Shown: in pieces, positions 26,301-41,300 of the stretch
Position numbering within the stretch: position 1 is the stretch's first letter
How the letters are laid out: each line of letters opens with the position of its first letter
Origin: Eledone cirrhosa
Lineage: Eukaryota
Reading direction: 5' to 3'
Assembly: GCA_964016885.1 (NCBI GenBank)
Contig: OZ024741.1
Span: forward strand, 149,358,001-149,422,000
DNA: 64,000 nucleotides
The notes under the pieces: model-generated
Databases searched by the model: none
Told to the model about the DNA's origin: nothing
Seen by the model: the letters and a program-made list of their open reading frames with translations, nothing else
Made by a program: the position numbers and the translations under genes

Positions 26301-29300
26301 GCTCTATGATGTTAGTGTGTGTATCAGTTTGTGTGGGGTGGGTCTATGATGTTAGTTTGTGTAACAGTTTGTGTGGGGTGGGTCTATGATGTTAGTTTGT
26401 GTAACAGTTTGTGTGGGGTGGGTCTATGATGTTAGTTTGTGTAACAGTTTGTGTGGGGTGGGTCTATGATGTTAGTTTGTGTAACAGTTTGTGTGGGTTG
26501 TGTCTATGATGTTAGTTTGTGTAACAGTTTGTGTGGGGTGGGTCTATGATGTTAGTTTGTGTAACAGTTTGTGTGGGGTGGGTCTATGATGTTAGTTTGT
26601 GTAACAGTTTGTGTGGGGTGGGTCTATGATGTTAGTGTGTGTAACAGTTTGTGTGGGGTGGGTCTATGATGTTAATGTGTGTAACAGTTTGTGTGGGGGT
26701 GGGTCTATGATGTTAGTGTGTGTAACAGTTTGTGTGGGGTGGGTCTGTGATGTTACTTTGTGTAACAGTTTGTGTGGGGTGGGTCTATGATGTTAGTGTG
26801 TGTAACAGTTTGTGTGGAGTGGGTCTATGATGTTAGTTTGTGTAAGTTTGTGTGGGGTGGGTCTATGATGTTAGTGTGTGTAACAGTTTGTGTGGGGTGG
26901 GTCTATGATGTTAGTGTGTGTAACAGTTTGTGTGGGGGTGGGTCTATGATGTTAGTGTGTGTAACAGTTTGTGTGGGGTAGGAGGTCTATGATGTTAGTG
27001 TGTGTAACAGTTTGTGTGGGGGTGGGTCTATGATGTTAGTGTGTGTAACAGTTTGTGTGGGGGTGGATCTATGATATTAGTTGTGTAACAGTTTGTGTGG
27101 GGGTGGGTCTATGATGTTAGTTTGTGTAACAGTTTGTGTGGGTGGGTCTATGATGTTAGTTTGTGTAACAGTTTGTGTGGGGGAGGGTCTATGATGTTAG
27201 TTTGTGTAACAGTTTGTGTGGGTGGGTCTATGATGTTAGTTTGTGTAACAGGTTGTGAGGTGGAGGAGGTCTATGATGTTAGTTTGTGTAACAGTTTGTG
27301 TGGGGGTGGGTCTATGATGTTAGTTTGTGTAACAGTTTGTGTGGGGGTGGGTCTATGATGTTACTTTGTGTAACAGTTTGTGAGGGGGTGGAGGTCTATG
27401 ATGTTAGTTTGTGTAACAGTTTGTGTGGGGGTGGGTCTATGATGTTAGTTTGTGTAACAGTTTGTGTGGGGGTGGGTCTATGATGTTAGTGTGTGTAACA
27501 GTTTGTGAAGGGGAGGAGGTCTATGATGTTAGTGTGTGTAACAGTTTGTGTGGGTGGGTCTATGATGTTAGTTTGTGTAACAGTTTGTGTTGGTGGGTCT
27601 ATGATGTTAGTTTGTGTAACAGGTTGTGAGGGGGAGGAGGTCTATGATGTTAGTTTGTGTAACAGTTTGTGTGGGGGTGGGTCTATGATGTTAGTTTGTG
27701 TAACAGTTTGTGTGGAGGTGGGTCTATGATGTTACTTTGTGTAACAGTTTGTGAGGGGGTGGAGGTCTATGATGTTAGTTTGTGTAACAGTTTGTATGGG
27801 GGTGGGTCTATGATGTTAGTTTGTGTAACAGTTTGTGTGGGGGTGGGTCTATGATGTTAGTGTGTGTAACAGTTTGTGAAGGGGAGGAGGTCTATGATGT
27901 TAGTGTGTGTAACAGTTTGTGTGGGGTGGGTCTATGATGTTAGTGTGTGTAACAGTTTGTGTGGGGTGGGTCTATGATGTTAGTGTGTGTAACAGGTTGT
28001 GAGGGGGAGGAGGTCTATGAGGTTAGTTTGTGTAACAGTTTGTGTGGGGGTGGGTCTATGATGTTAGTTTGTGTAAGTTTGTGTGGGGGTGGGTCTATGA
28101 TGTTAGTGTGTGTAACAGGTTGTGAGAGGGGAGGAGGTCTATGATGTTAGTGTGTGTAACAGTTTGTGAGGGGGTGGGTCTATGATGTTAGTTTGTGTAA
28201 GTTTGTGTGGGGGTGGGTCTATGATGTTAGTGTGTGTAACAGGTTGTGAGAGGGGAGGAGGTCTATGATGTTAGTGTGTGTAACAGTTTGTGAAGGGGAG
28301 GAGGTCTATGATGTTAGTGTGTGTAACAGCTTGTGTGGGAGAGGGTCCATGATGTTACTTTGTGTAACAGTTTGTGTGGGTGGGTCTATGATGTTAGTGT
28401 GTGTAACAGTTTGTGAGGGGGAGGAGGTCTATGATGTTAGTGTGTGTAACAGTTTGTGAGGGGGAGGAGGTCTATGATATTAGTGTGTGTAACAGTTTGT
28501 GTGGGGGAGGAGGTCTATGATGTTAGTGTGTGTAACAGTTTGTGAGGGGGGGGTCTATGATATTAGTGTGTGTAACAGTTTGTGTGGGGGAGGAGGTCTA
28601 TGATATTAGTTTGTGTAACAGTTTGTGAGGGGGAGGAGGTCTATGATGTTAGTGTGTGTAACAGTTTGTGAGGGGTAGGAGGTCTATGATGTTAGTGTGT
28701 GTAACAGTTTGTGAGGGTGGGTCTTTGATGTTAGTGTGTGTAACAGTTTGTGTGGGTGGGTCTATGATGTTAGTGTGTGTAACAGTTTGTGTGGGTGGGT
28801 CTATGATGTTAGTGTGTGTAACAGTTTGTGTGGGGGAGGAGGTCTATGATGTTAGTGTGTGTAACTGTTTGTGTGGGGTGGGTCTATGATGTTAGTTTGT
28901 GTAACAGTTTGTGTGGGGTGGGTCTATGATGTTAGTTTGTGTAACAGTTTGTGTGGGTTGGTTCTATGATGTTAGTGTGTGTATCAGTTTGTGTGGGGTG
29001 GGTCTATGATGTTAGTTTGTGTAACAGTTTGTGTGGGGTGGGTCTATGATGTTAGTTTGTGTAACAGTTTGTGTGGGGTGGGTCTATGATGTTAGTTTGT
29101 GTAACAGTTTGTGTGGGGTGGGTCTATGATGTTAGTTTGTGTAACAGTTTGTGTGGGTTGGGTCTATGATGTTAGTTTGTGTAACAGTTTGTGTGGGGTG
29201 GGTCTATGATGTTAGTTTGTGTAACAGTTTGTGTGGGGTGGGTCTATGATGTTAGTTTGTGTAACAGTTTGTGTGGGGTGGGTCTATGATGTTAGTGTGT

Positions 29301-32300
29301 GTAACAGTTTGTGTGGGGTGGGTCTATGATGTTAGTGTGTGTAACAGTTTGTGTGGGGGTGGGTCTATGATGTTAGTGTGTGTAACAGTATGTGTGGGGT
29401 GGGTCTGTGATGTTACTTTGTGTAACAGTTTGTGTGGGGTGGGTCTATGATGTTAGTGTGTGTAACAGTTTGTGTGGAGTGGGTCTATGATGTTAGTTTG
29501 TGTAAGTTTGTGTGGGGTGGGTCTATGATGTTAGTGTGTGTAACAGTTTGTGTGGGGTGGGTCTATGATGTTAGTGTGTGTAACAGTTTGTGTGGGGTGG
29601 GTCTATGATGTTAGTTTGTGTAACAGTTTGTGTGGGTTGGGTCTTTGATGTTAGTTTGTGTAACAGTTTGTGTGGGGTGGGTCTATGATGTTAGTTTGTG
29701 TAACAGTTTGTGTGGGGTGGGTCTATGATGTTAGTTTGTGTAACAGTTTGTGTGGGGTGGGTCTATGATGTTAGTGTGTGTAACAGTTTGTGTGGGGTGG
29801 GTCTATGATGTTAGTGTGTGTAACAGTTTGTGTGGGGGTGGGTCTATGATGTTCGTGTGTGTAACAGTTTGTGTGGGGTGGGTCTGTGATGTTACTTTGT
29901 GTAACAGTTTGTGTGGGGTGGGTCTATGATGTTAGTGTGTGTAACAGTTTGTGTGGAGTGGGTCTATGATGTTAGTTTGTGTAAGTTTGTGTGGGGTGGG
30001 TCTATGATGTTCGTGTGTGTAACAGTTTGTGTGGGGTGGGTCTGTGATGTTACTTTGTGTAACAGTTTGTGTGGGGTGGGTCTATGATGTTAGTGTGTGT
30101 AACAGTTTGTGTGGAGTGGGTCTATGATTTTAGTGTGTGTAACAGTGTGTGGGTGGGTCTAAGATGTTAGTGTGTGTAACAGTTTGTGTGGGTGGGTCTA
30201 TGATGTTAGTTTGTGTAACAGTTTGTGTGGCGGTGGGTCTATGATGTTAGTTTGTGTAACAGTTTGTGTGGGTGGGTCTATGATGTTAGTTTGTGTAACA
30301 GGTTGTGTGGGGTGGGTCTATGATGTTAGTTTGTGTAACAGTTTGTGTGGGGGAGGGTCTATGATGTTAGTGTGTGTAACAGTTTGTGTGGGGGAGGAGG
30401 TCTATGATGTTAGTGTGTGTAATAGTTTGTGTGGGGGTGGGTCTATGATGTTAGTGTGTGTAACAGTTTGTGTGGGGGTGGATCTATGATATTAGTTGTG
30501 TAACAGTTTGTGTGGGGGTGGGTCTATGATGTTAGTTTGTGTGGGTGGGTCTATGATGTTAGTTTGTGTAACAGTTTGTGTGGGGGAGGGTCTATGATGT
30601 TAGTTTGTGTAACAGTTTGTGTGGGTGGGTCTATGATGTTAGTTTGTGTAACAGGTTGTGAGGGGGAGGAGGTCTATGATGTTAGTTTGTGTAACAGTTT
30701 GTGTGGGGGTGGGTCTATGATGTTAGTTTGTGTAACAGTTTGTGAGGGGGTGGAGGTCTATGATGTTAGTGAGTGTAACAGGTTGTGTGGGGGTGGGTCT
30801 ATGATGTTAGTTTGTGTAACAGTTTGTGTGGGGGTGGGTCTATGATGTTACTTTGTGTAACAGTTTGTGAGGGAGTGGAGGTCTATGATGTTAGTTTGTG
30901 TAACAGTTTGTGTGGGGGTGGGTCTATGATGTTAGTTTGTGTAACAGTTTGTGTGGGGGTGGGTCTATGATGTTAGTTTGTGTAACAGTTTGTGTGGGGG
31001 TGGGTCTATGATGTTAGTTTGTGTAACAGTTTGTGAAGGGGAGGAGGTCTATGATGTTAGTTTGTGTAACAGTTTGTGTGGGGGTGGGTCTATGATGTTA
31101 GTTTGTGTAACAGTTTGTGTGGGGGTGGGTCTATGATGTTAGTTTGTGTAACAGTTTGTGAAGGGGAGGAGGTCTATGATGTTAGTTTGTGTAACAGTTT
31201 GTGTGGGGGTGGGTCTATGATGTTAGTTTGTGTAACAGTTTGTGTGGGGGTGGGTCTATGATGTTAGTTTGTGTAACAGTTTGTGTGGGTGTGGGTCTAT
31301 GATGTTAGTGTGTGTAACAGTTTGTGAAGGGGAGGAGGTCTATGATGTTAGTGTGTGTAACAGTTTGTGTGGGGTGGGTCTATGATGTTAGTGTGTGTAA
31401 CAGTTTGTGTGGGGTGGGTCTATGATGTTAGTGTATGAAACAGTTTGTGTGGGTGGGTCTATGATGTTAGTTTGTGTAACAGGTTGTGAGGGGGAGGAGG
31501 TCTATGAGGTTAGTTTGTGTAACAGTTTGTGTGGGGGTGGGTCTATGATGTTAGTTTGTGTAAGTTTGTGTGGGGGTGGGTCTATGATGTTAGTGTGTGT
31601 AACAGGTTGTGAGAGGGGAGGAGGTCTATGATGTTAGTGTGTGTAACAGTTTGTGAGGGGTTGGGTCTATGATGTTAGTTTGTGTAAGTTTGTGTGGGGG
31701 TGGGTCTATGATGTTAGTATGTGTAACAGGTTGTGAGAGGGGAGGAGGTCTATGATGTTAGTGTGTGTAACAGTTTGTGAAGGGGAGGAGGTCTATGATG
31801 TTAGTGTGTGTAACAGCTTGTGTGGGGGAGGGTCTATGATGTTACTTTGTGTAACAGTTTGTGTGGGTGGGTCTATGATGTTAGTGTGTGTAACAGTTTG
31901 TGAGGGGGAGGAGGTCTATGATGTTAGTGTGTGTAACAGTTTGTGAGGGGGAGGAAGTCTATGATATTAGTGTGTGTAACAGTTTGTGAGGGGGGGGGTC
32001 TATGATATTAGTGTGTGTAACAGTTTGTGTGGGGGAGGAGGTCTATGATGTTAGTTTGTGTAACAGTTTGTGAGGGGGAGGAGGTCTATGATGTTAGTGT
32101 GTGTAACAGTTTGTGAGGGGGAGGAGGTCTATGATGTTAGTGTGTGTAACAGTTTGTGAGGGGGAGGAGGTCTATGATGTTGTGTGTGTAACAGTTTGTG
32201 TGGGTGGGTCTTTGATGTTAGTGTGTGTAACAGTTTGTGTGGGTGGGTCTATGATGTTAGTGTGTGTAACAGTTTGTGTGGGTGGGTCTATGATGTTAGT

Positions 32301-35300
32301 GTGTGTAACAGTTTGTGTGGGGGAGGAGGTCTATGATGTTAGTGTGTGTAACTGTTTGTGTGGGGTGGGTCTATGATGTTAGTTTGTGTAACAGTTTGTG
32401 TGGGGGTGGGTCTATGATGTTAGTGTGTGTAACAGTATGTGTGGGGTGGGTCTGTGATGTTACTTTGTGTAACAGTTTGTGTGGGGTGGGTCTATGATGT
32501 TAGTGTGTGTAACAGTTTGTGTGGAGTGGGTCTATGATGTTAGTTTGTGTAAGTTTGTGTGGGGTGGGTCTATGATGTTAGTGTGTGTAACAGTTTGTGT
32601 GGGGTGGGTCTATGATGTTAGTGTGTGTAACAGTTTGTGTGGGGTGGGTCTATGATGTTAGTTTGTGTAACAGTTTGTGTGGGTTGGGTCTATGATGTTA
32701 GTTTGTGTAACAGTTTGTGTGGGGTGGGTCTATGATGTTAGTTTGTGTAACAGTTTGTGTGGGGTGGGTCTATGATGTTAGTGTGTGTAACAGTTTGTGT
32801 GGGGTGGGTCTATGATGTTAGTGTGTGTAACAGTTTGTGTGGGGGTGGGTCTATGATGTTCGTGTGTGTAACAGTTTGTGTGGGGTGGGTCTGTGATGTT
32901 ACTTTGTGTAACAGTTTGTGTGGGGTGGGTCTATGATGTTAGTGTGTGTAACAGTTTGTGTGGAGTGGGTCTATGATGTTAGTTTGTGTAAGTTTGTGTG
33001 GGGTGGGTCTATGATGTTCGTGTGTGTAACAGTTTGTGTGGGGTGGGTCTGTGATGTTACTTTGTGTAACAGTTTGTGTGGGGTGGGTCTATGATGTTAG
33101 TGTGTGTAACAGTTTGTGTGGAGTGGGTCTATGATTTTAGTGTGTGTAACAGTGTGTGGGTGGGTCTAAGATGTTAGTGTGTGTAACAGTTTGTGTGGGT
33201 GGGTCTATGATGTTAGTTTGTGTAACAGTTTGTGTGGGGGTGGGTCTATGATGTTAGTTTGTGTAACAGTTTGTGTGGGTGGGTCTATGATGTTAGTTTG
33301 TGTAACAGGTTGTGTGGGGTGGGTCTATGATGTTAGTTTGTGTAACAGTTTGTGTGGGGGAGGGTCTATGATGTTAGTGTGTGTAACAGTTTGTGTGGGG
33401 GAGGAGGTCTATGATGTTAGTGTGTGTAACAGTTTGTGTGGGGGTGGGTCTATGATGTTAGTGTGTGTAAAAGTTTGTGTGGGGGTGGATCTATGATATT
33501 AGTTGTGTAACAGTTTGTGAGGGGGTGGAGGTCTATGATGTTAGTGAGTGTAACAGGTTGTGTGGGGGTGGGTCTATGATGTTAGTTTGTGTAACAGTTT
33601 GTGTGGGGGTGGGTCTATGATGTTACTTTGTGTAACAGTTTGTGAGGGGGTGGAGGTCTATGATGTTAGTTTGTGTAACAGTTTGTGTGGGGGTGGGTCT
33701 ATGATGTTAGTTTGTGTAACAGTTTGTGTGGGGGTGGGTCTATGATGTTAGTTTGTGTAACAGTTTGTGAAGGGGAGGAGGTCTATGATGTTACTTTGTG
33801 TAACAGTTTGTGTGGGGGTGGGTCTATGATGTTAGTTTGTGTAACAGTTTGTGAAGGGGAGGAGGTCTATGATGTTAGTTTGTGTAACAGTTTGTGTGGG
33901 GGTGGGTCTATGATGTTAGTTTGTGTAACAGTTTGTGTGGGGGTGGGTCTATGATGTTAGTTTGTGTAACAGTTTGTGTGGGGGTGGGTCTATGATGTTA
34001 GTGTGTGTAACAGTTTGTGAAGGGGAGGAGGTCTATGATGTTAGTGTGTGTAACAGTTTGTGTGGGGTGGGTCTATGATGTTAGTGTGTGTAACAGTTTG
34101 TGTGGGGTGGGTCTATGATGTTAGTGTATGAAACAGTTTGTGTGTGTGGGTCTATGATGTTAGTTTGTGTAACAGGTTGTGAGGGGGAGGAGGTCTATGA
34201 GGTTAGTTTGTGTAACAGTTTGTGTGGGGGTGGGTCTATGATGTTAGTGTGTGTAACAGTTTGTGTGGGGTGGGTCTATGATGTTAGTGTATGAAACAGT
34301 TTGTGTGTGTGGGTCTATGATGTTAGTTTGTGTAACAGGTTGTGAGGGGGAGGAGGTCTATGAGGTTAGTTTGTGTAACAGTTTGTGTGGGTGGGTCTAT
34401 GATGTTAGTTTGTGTAAGTTTGTGTGGGGGTGGGTCTATGATGTTAGTGTGTGTAACAGGTTGTGAGAGGGGAGGAGGTCTATGATGTTAGTGTGTGTAA
34501 CAGGTTGTGAGAGGGGAGGAGGTCTATGATGTTAGTGTGTGTAACAGTTTGTGAAGGGGAGGAGGTCTATGATGTTAGTGTGTGTAACAGCTTGTGTGGG
34601 GGAGGGTCTATGATGTTACTTTGTGTAACAGTTTGTGTGGGTGGGTCTATGATGTTAGTGTGTGTAACAGTTTGTGTGGGGTGGGTCTATGATGTTAGTG
34701 TGTGTAACAGTTTGTGAGGGGGAGGAGGTCTATGATGTTAGTGTGTGTAACAGTTTGTGAGGGGGAGGAGGTCTATGATGTTAGTGTGTGTAACAGTTTG
34801 TGAGGGGGAGGAAGTCTATGATGTTAGTGTGTGTAACAGTTTGTGAGGGGGAGGAGGTCTATGATGTTAGTGTGTGTAACAGTTTGTGAGGGGGAGGAGG
34901 TCTATGATGTTAGTGTGTGTAACAGTTTGTGAGGGGGAGGAAGTCTATGATATTAGTGTGTGTAACAGTTTGTGAGGGGGGGGTCTATGATATTAGTGTG
35001 TGTAACAGTTTGTGTGGGGGAGGAGGTCTATGATGTTAGTTTGTGTAACAGTTTGTGAGGGGGAGGAGGTCTATGATGTTAGTGTGTGTAACAGTTTGTG
35101 AGGGGGAGGAGGTCTATGATGTTAGTGTGTGTAACAGTTTGTGAGGGGGAGGAGGTCTATGATGTTAGTGTGTGTAACAGTTTGTGTGGGTGGGTCTTTG
35201 ATGTTAGTGTGTGTAACAGTTTGTGTGGGTGGGTCTATGATGTTAGTGTGTGTAACAGTTTGTGTGGGTGGGTCTATGATGTTAGTGTGTGTAACAGTTT

Positions 35301-38300
35301 GTGTGGGGGAGGAGGTCTATGATGTTAGTGTGTGTAACTGTTTGTGTGGGGTGGGTCTATGATGTTAGTTTGTGTAACAGTTTGTGTGGGGTGGGTCTAT
35401 GATGTTAGTTTGTGTAACAGTTTGTGTGGGTTGGCTCTATGATGTTAGTGTGTGTATCAGTTTGTGTGGGGTGGGTCTATGATGTTAGTTTGTGTAACAG
35501 TTTGTGTGGGGTGGGTCTATGATGTTAGTTTGTGTAACAGTTTGTGTGGGGTGGGTCTATGATGTTAGTTTGTGTAACAGTTTGTGTGGGGTGGGTCTAT
35601 GATGTTAGTGTGTGTAACAGTTTGTGTGGGGTGGGTCTATGATGTTAGTTTGTGTAACAGTTTGTGTGGGGTGGGTCTATGATGTTAGTGTGTGTAACAG
35701 TTTGTGTGGTGTGGGTCTGTGATGTTACTTTGTGTTACAGTTTGTGTGGGGTGGGTCTATGATGTTAGCGTGTGTAACAGTTTGTGTGGGGTGGGTCTAT
35801 GATGTTAGTTTGTGTAACAGTTTGTGTGGGTTGGGTCTATGATGTTAGTTTGTGTAACAGTTTGTGTGGGGTGGGTCTATGATGTTAGTTTGTGTAACAG
35901 TTTGTGTGGGGTGGGTCTATGATGTTAGTTTGTGTAACAGTTTGTGTGGGGTGGGTCTATGATGTTAGTGTGTGTAACAGTTTGTGTGGGGTGGGTCTAT
36001 GATGTTAGTGTGTGTAACAGTTTGTGTGGGGGTGGGTCTATGATGTTAGTGTGTGTAACAGTTTGTGTGGGGTGGGTCTGTGATGTTACTTTGTGTAATA
36101 GTTTGTGTGGGGTGGGTCTATGATGTTAGTTTGTGTAAGTTTGTGTGGTGGGTGGGTCTATGATGTTAGTGTGTGTAACAGGTTGTGAGAGGGGAGGAGG
36201 TCTATGATGTTAGTGTGTGTAACAGTTTGTGAAGGGGAGGAGGTCTATGATGTTAGTGTGTGTAACAGCTTGTGTGGGGGAGGGTCTATGATGTTACTTT
36301 GTGTAACAGTTTGTGTGGGTGGGTCTATGATGTTAGTGTGTGTAACAGTTTGTGAGGGGGAGGAGGTCTATGATGTTAGTGTGTGTAACAGTTTGTGAGG
36401 GGGAGGAGGTCTATGATATTAGTGTGTGTAACAGTTTGTGTGGGGGAGGAGGTCTATGATGTTAGTGTGTGTAACAGTTTGTGAGGGGGGGGGTCTATGA
36501 TATTAGTGTGTGTAACAGTTTGTGTGGGGGAGGATGTCTATGACATTAGTTTGTGTAACAGTTTGTGAGGGGGAGGAGGTCTATGATGTTAGTGTGTGTA
36601 ACAGTTTGTGAGGGGGAGGAGGTCTATGATGTTAGTGTGTGTAACAGTTTGTGAGGGTGGGTCTTTGATGTTAGTGTGTGTAACAGTTTGTGTGGGTGGG
36701 TCTATGATGTTAGTGTGTGTAACAGTTTGTGTGGGTGGGTCTATGATGTTAGTGTGTGTAACAGTTTGTGTGGGGGAGGAGGTCTATGATGTTAGTGTGT
36801 GTAACTGTTTGTGTGGGGTGGGTCTATGATGTTAGTTTGTGTAACAGTTTGTGTGGGGTGGGTCTATGATGTTAGTTTGTGTAACAGTTTGTGTGGGTTG
36901 GCTCTATGATGTTAGTGTGTGTATCAGTTTGTGTGGGGTGGGTCTATGATGTTAGTTTGTGTAACAGTTTGTGTGGGGTGGGTCTATGATGTTAGTTTGT
37001 GTAACAGTTTGTGTGGGGTGGGTCTATGATGTTAGTTTGTGTAACAGTTTGTGTGGGGTGGGTCTATGATGTTAGTTTGTGTAACAGTTTGTGTGGGTTG
37101 GGTCTATGATGTTAGTTTGTGTAACAGTTTGTGTGGGGTGGGTCTATGATGTTAGTTTGTGTAACAGTTTGTGTGGGGTGGGTCTATGATGTTAGTTTGT
37201 GTAACAGTTTGTGTGGGGTGGGTCTATGATGTTAGTGTGTGTAACAGTTTGTGTGGGGTGGGTCTATGATGTTAATGTGTGTAACAGTTTGTGTGGGGGT
37301 GGGTCTATGATGTTAGTGTGTGTAACAGTTTGTGTGGGGTGGGTCTGTGATGTTACTTTGTGTAACAGTTTGTGTGGGGTGGGTCTATGATGTTAGTGTT
37401 TGTAACAGTTTGTGTGGAGTGGGTCTATGATGTTAGTTTGTGTAAGTTTGTGTGGGGTGGGTCTATGATGTTAGTGTGTGTAACAGTTTGTGTGGGGTGG
37501 GTCTATGATGTTAGTGTGTGTAACAGTTTGTGTGGGGGTGGGTCTATGATGTTAGTGTGTGTAACAGTTTGTGTGGGGTAGGAGGTCTATGATGTTAGTG
37601 TGTGTAACAGTTTGTGTGGGGGTGGGTCTATGATGTTAGTGTGTGTAACAGTTTGTGTGGGGGTGGATCTATGATATTAGTTGTGTAACAGTTTGTGTGG
37701 GGGTGGGTCTATGATGTTAGTTTGTGTAACAGTTTGTGTGGGTGGGTCTATGATGTTAGTTTGTGTAACAGTTTGTGTGGGGGAGGGTCTATGATGTTAG
37801 TTTGTGTAACAGTTTGTGTGGGTGGGTCTATGATGTTAGTTTGTGTAACAGGTTGTGAGGTGGAGGAGGTCTATGATGTTAGTTTGTGTAACAGTTTGTG
37901 TGGGGGTGGGTCTATGATGTTAGTTTGTGTAACAGTTTGTGTGGGGTGGGTCTATGATGTTACTTTGTGTAACAGTTTGTGAAGGGGAGGAGGTCCATGA
38001 TGTTAGTGTGTGTAACAGTTTGTGTGGGTGGGTCTATGATGTTAGTTTGTGTAACAGTTTGTGTGGGGGAGTGTCTATGATGTTAGTTTGTGTAACAGTT
38101 TGTGTGGGGTGGGTCTATGATGTTAGTGTGTGTAACAGTTTGTGAAGGGGAGGAGGTCCATGATGTTAGTGTGTGTAACAGTTTGTGTGGGTGGGTCTAT
38201 GATGTTAGTTTGTGTAACAGTTTGTGTGGGGGAGGGTCTATGATGTTAGTTTGTGTAACAGTTTGTGTGGGTGGGTCTATGATGTTAGTTTGTGTAACAG

Positions 38301-41300
38301 GTTGTGAGGGGGAGGACGTCTATGATGTTAGTTTGTGTAACAGTTTGTGTGGGGGTGGGTCTATGATGTTAGTTTGTGTAACAGTTTGTGTGGGGGTGGG
38401 TCTATGATGTTACTTTGTGTAACAGTTTGTGAGGGGGTGGAGGTCTATGATGTTAGTTTGTGTAACAGTTTGTGTGGGGGTGGGTCTATGATGTTAGTTT
38501 GTGTAAGAGTTTGTGTGGGGGTGGGTCTATGATGTTAGTTTGTGTAACAGTTTGTGAAGGGGAGGAGGTCTATGATGTTAGTGTGTGTAACAGTTTGTGT
38601 GGGGTGGGTCTATGATGTTAGTGTGTGTAACAGTTTGTGTGGGGTGGGTCTATGATGTTAGTGTATGAAACAGTTTGTGTGGGTGGGTCTATGATGTTAG
38701 TTTGTGTAACAGGTTGTGAGGGGGAGGAGGTCTATGAGGTTAGTTTGTGTAACAGTTTGTGTGGGGGTGGGTCTATGATGTTAGTTTGTGTAAGTTTGTG
38801 TGGGGGTGGGTCTATGATGTTAGTGTGTGTAACAGGTTGTGAGAGGGGAGGAGGTCTATGATGTTAGTGTGTGTAACAGTTTGTGAGGGGGTGGGTCTAT
38901 GATGTTAGTTTGTGTAAGTTTGTGTGGGGGTGGGTCTATGATGTTAGTGTGTGTAACAGGTTGTGAGAGGGGAGGAGGTCTATGATGTTAGTGTGTGTAA
39001 CAGTTTGTGTGGGAGAGGGTCTATGATGTTAGTGTGTGTAACAGCTTGTGTGGGAGAGGGTCTATGATGTTACTTTGTGTAACAGTTTGTGTGGGTGGGT
39101 CTATGATGTTAGTGTGTGTAACAGTTTGTGAGGGGGAGGAGGTCTATGATGTTAGTGTGTGTAACAGTTTGTGAGGGGGAGGAGGTCTATGATATTAGTG
39201 TGTGTAACAGTTTGTGTGGGGGAGGAGGTCTATGATGTTAGTGTGTGTAACAGTTTGTGAGGGGGGGGGTCTATGATATTAGTGTGTGTAACAGTTTGTG
39301 TGGGGGAGGAGGTCTATGATATTAGTTTGTGTAACAGTTTGTGAGGGGGAGGAGGTCTATGATGTTAGTGTGTGTAACAGTTTGTGAGGGGGAGGAGGTC
39401 TATGATGTTAGTGTGTGTAACAGTTTGTGAGGGTGGGTCTTTGATGTTAGTGTGTGTAACAGTTTGTGTGGGTGGGTCTATGATGTTAGTGTGTGTAACA
39501 GTTTGTGTGGGTGGGTCTATGATGTTAGTGTGTGTAACAGTTTGTGTGGGGGAGGAGGTCTATGATGTTAGTGTGTGTAACTGTTTGTGTGGGGTGGGTC
39601 TATGATGTTAGTTTGTGTAACAGTTTGTGTGGGGTGGGTCTATGATGTTAGTTTGTGTAACAGTTTGTGTGGGTTGGCTCTATGATGTTAGTGTGTGTAT
39701 CAGTTTGTGTGGGGTGGGTCTATGATGTTAGTTTGTGTAACAGTTTGTGTGGGGTGGGTCTATGATGTTAGTTTGTGTAACAGTTTGTGTGGGGTGGGTC
39801 TATGATGTTAGTTTGTGTAACAGTTTGTGTGGGGTGGGTCTATGATGTTAGTTTGTGTAACAGTTTGTGTGGGTTGGGTCTATGATGTTAGTTTGTGTAA
39901 CAGTTTGTGTGGGGTGGGTCTATGATGTTAGTTTGTGTAACAGTTTGTGTGGGGTGGGTCTATGATGTTAGTTTGTGTAACAGTTTGTGTGGGGTGGGTC
40001 TATGATGTTAGTGTGTGTAACAGTTTGTGTGGGGTGGGTCTATGATGTTAGTTTGTGTAACAGTTTGTGTGGGTTGGCTCTATGATGTTAGTGTGTGTAT
40101 CAGTTTGTGTGGGGTGGGTCTATGATGTTAGTTTGTGTAACAGTTTGTGTGGGGTGGGTCTATGATGTTAGTTTGTGTAACAGTTTGTGTGGGGTGGGTC
40201 TATGATGTTAGTTTGTGTAACAGTTTGTGTGGGGTGGGTCTATGATGTTAGTTTGTGTAACAGTTTGTGTGGGTTGGGTCTATGATGTTAGTTTGTGTAA
40301 CAGTTTGTGTGGGGTGGGTCTATGATGTTAGTTTGTGTAACAGTTTGTGTGGGGTGGGTCTGTGATGTTACTTTGTGTAACAGTTTGTGTGGGGTGGGTC
40401 TATGATGTTAGTGTGTGTAACAGTTTGTGTGGAGTGGGTCTATGATGTTAGTTTGTGTAAGTTTGTGTGGGGTGGGTCTATGATGTTAGTGTGTGTATCA
40501 GTTTGTGTGGGGTGGGTCTATGATGTTAGTGTGTGTAACAGTTTGTGTGGGGTGGGTCTATGATGTTAGTTTGTGTAACAGTTTGTGTGGGTTGGGTCTA
40601 TGATGTTAGTTTGTGTAACAGTTTGTGTGGGGTGGGTCTATGATGTTAGTTTGTGTAACAGTTTGTGTGGGGTGGGTCTATGATGTTAGTTTGTGTAACA
40701 GTTTGTGTGGGGTGGGTCTATGATGTTAGTGTGTGTAACAGTTTGTGTGGGGTGGGTCTATGATGTTAGTGTGTGTAGCAGTTTGTGTGGGGGTTGGTCT
40801 ATGATGTTCGTGTGTGTAACAGTTTGTGTGGGGTGGGTCTGTGATGTTACTTTGTGTAACAGTTTGTGTGGGGTGGGTCTATGATGTTAGTGTGTGTAAC
40901 AGTTTGTGTGGAGTGGGTCTATGATGTTAGTTTGTGTAAGTTTGTGTGGGGTGGGTCTATGATGTTAGTGTGTGTAACAGTTTGTGTGGGGTGGGTCTAT
41001 GATGTTAGTTTGTGTAACAGTTTGTGTGGGGTGGGTCTATGATGTTAGTGTGTGTAACAGTTTGTGTGGCAGTGGGTCTATGATTTTAGTGTGTGTAACA
41101 GTGTGTGGGTGGGTCTAAGATGTTAGTGTGTGTAACAGTTTGTGTGGGTGGGTCTATGATGTTAGTTTGTGTAACAGTTTGTGTGGGGGTGGGTCTATGA
41201 TGTTAGTTTGTGTAACAGTTTGTGTGGGTGGGTCTATGATGTTAGTTTGTGTAACAGGTTGTGTGGGGTGGGTCTATGATGTTAGTTTGTGTAACAGTTT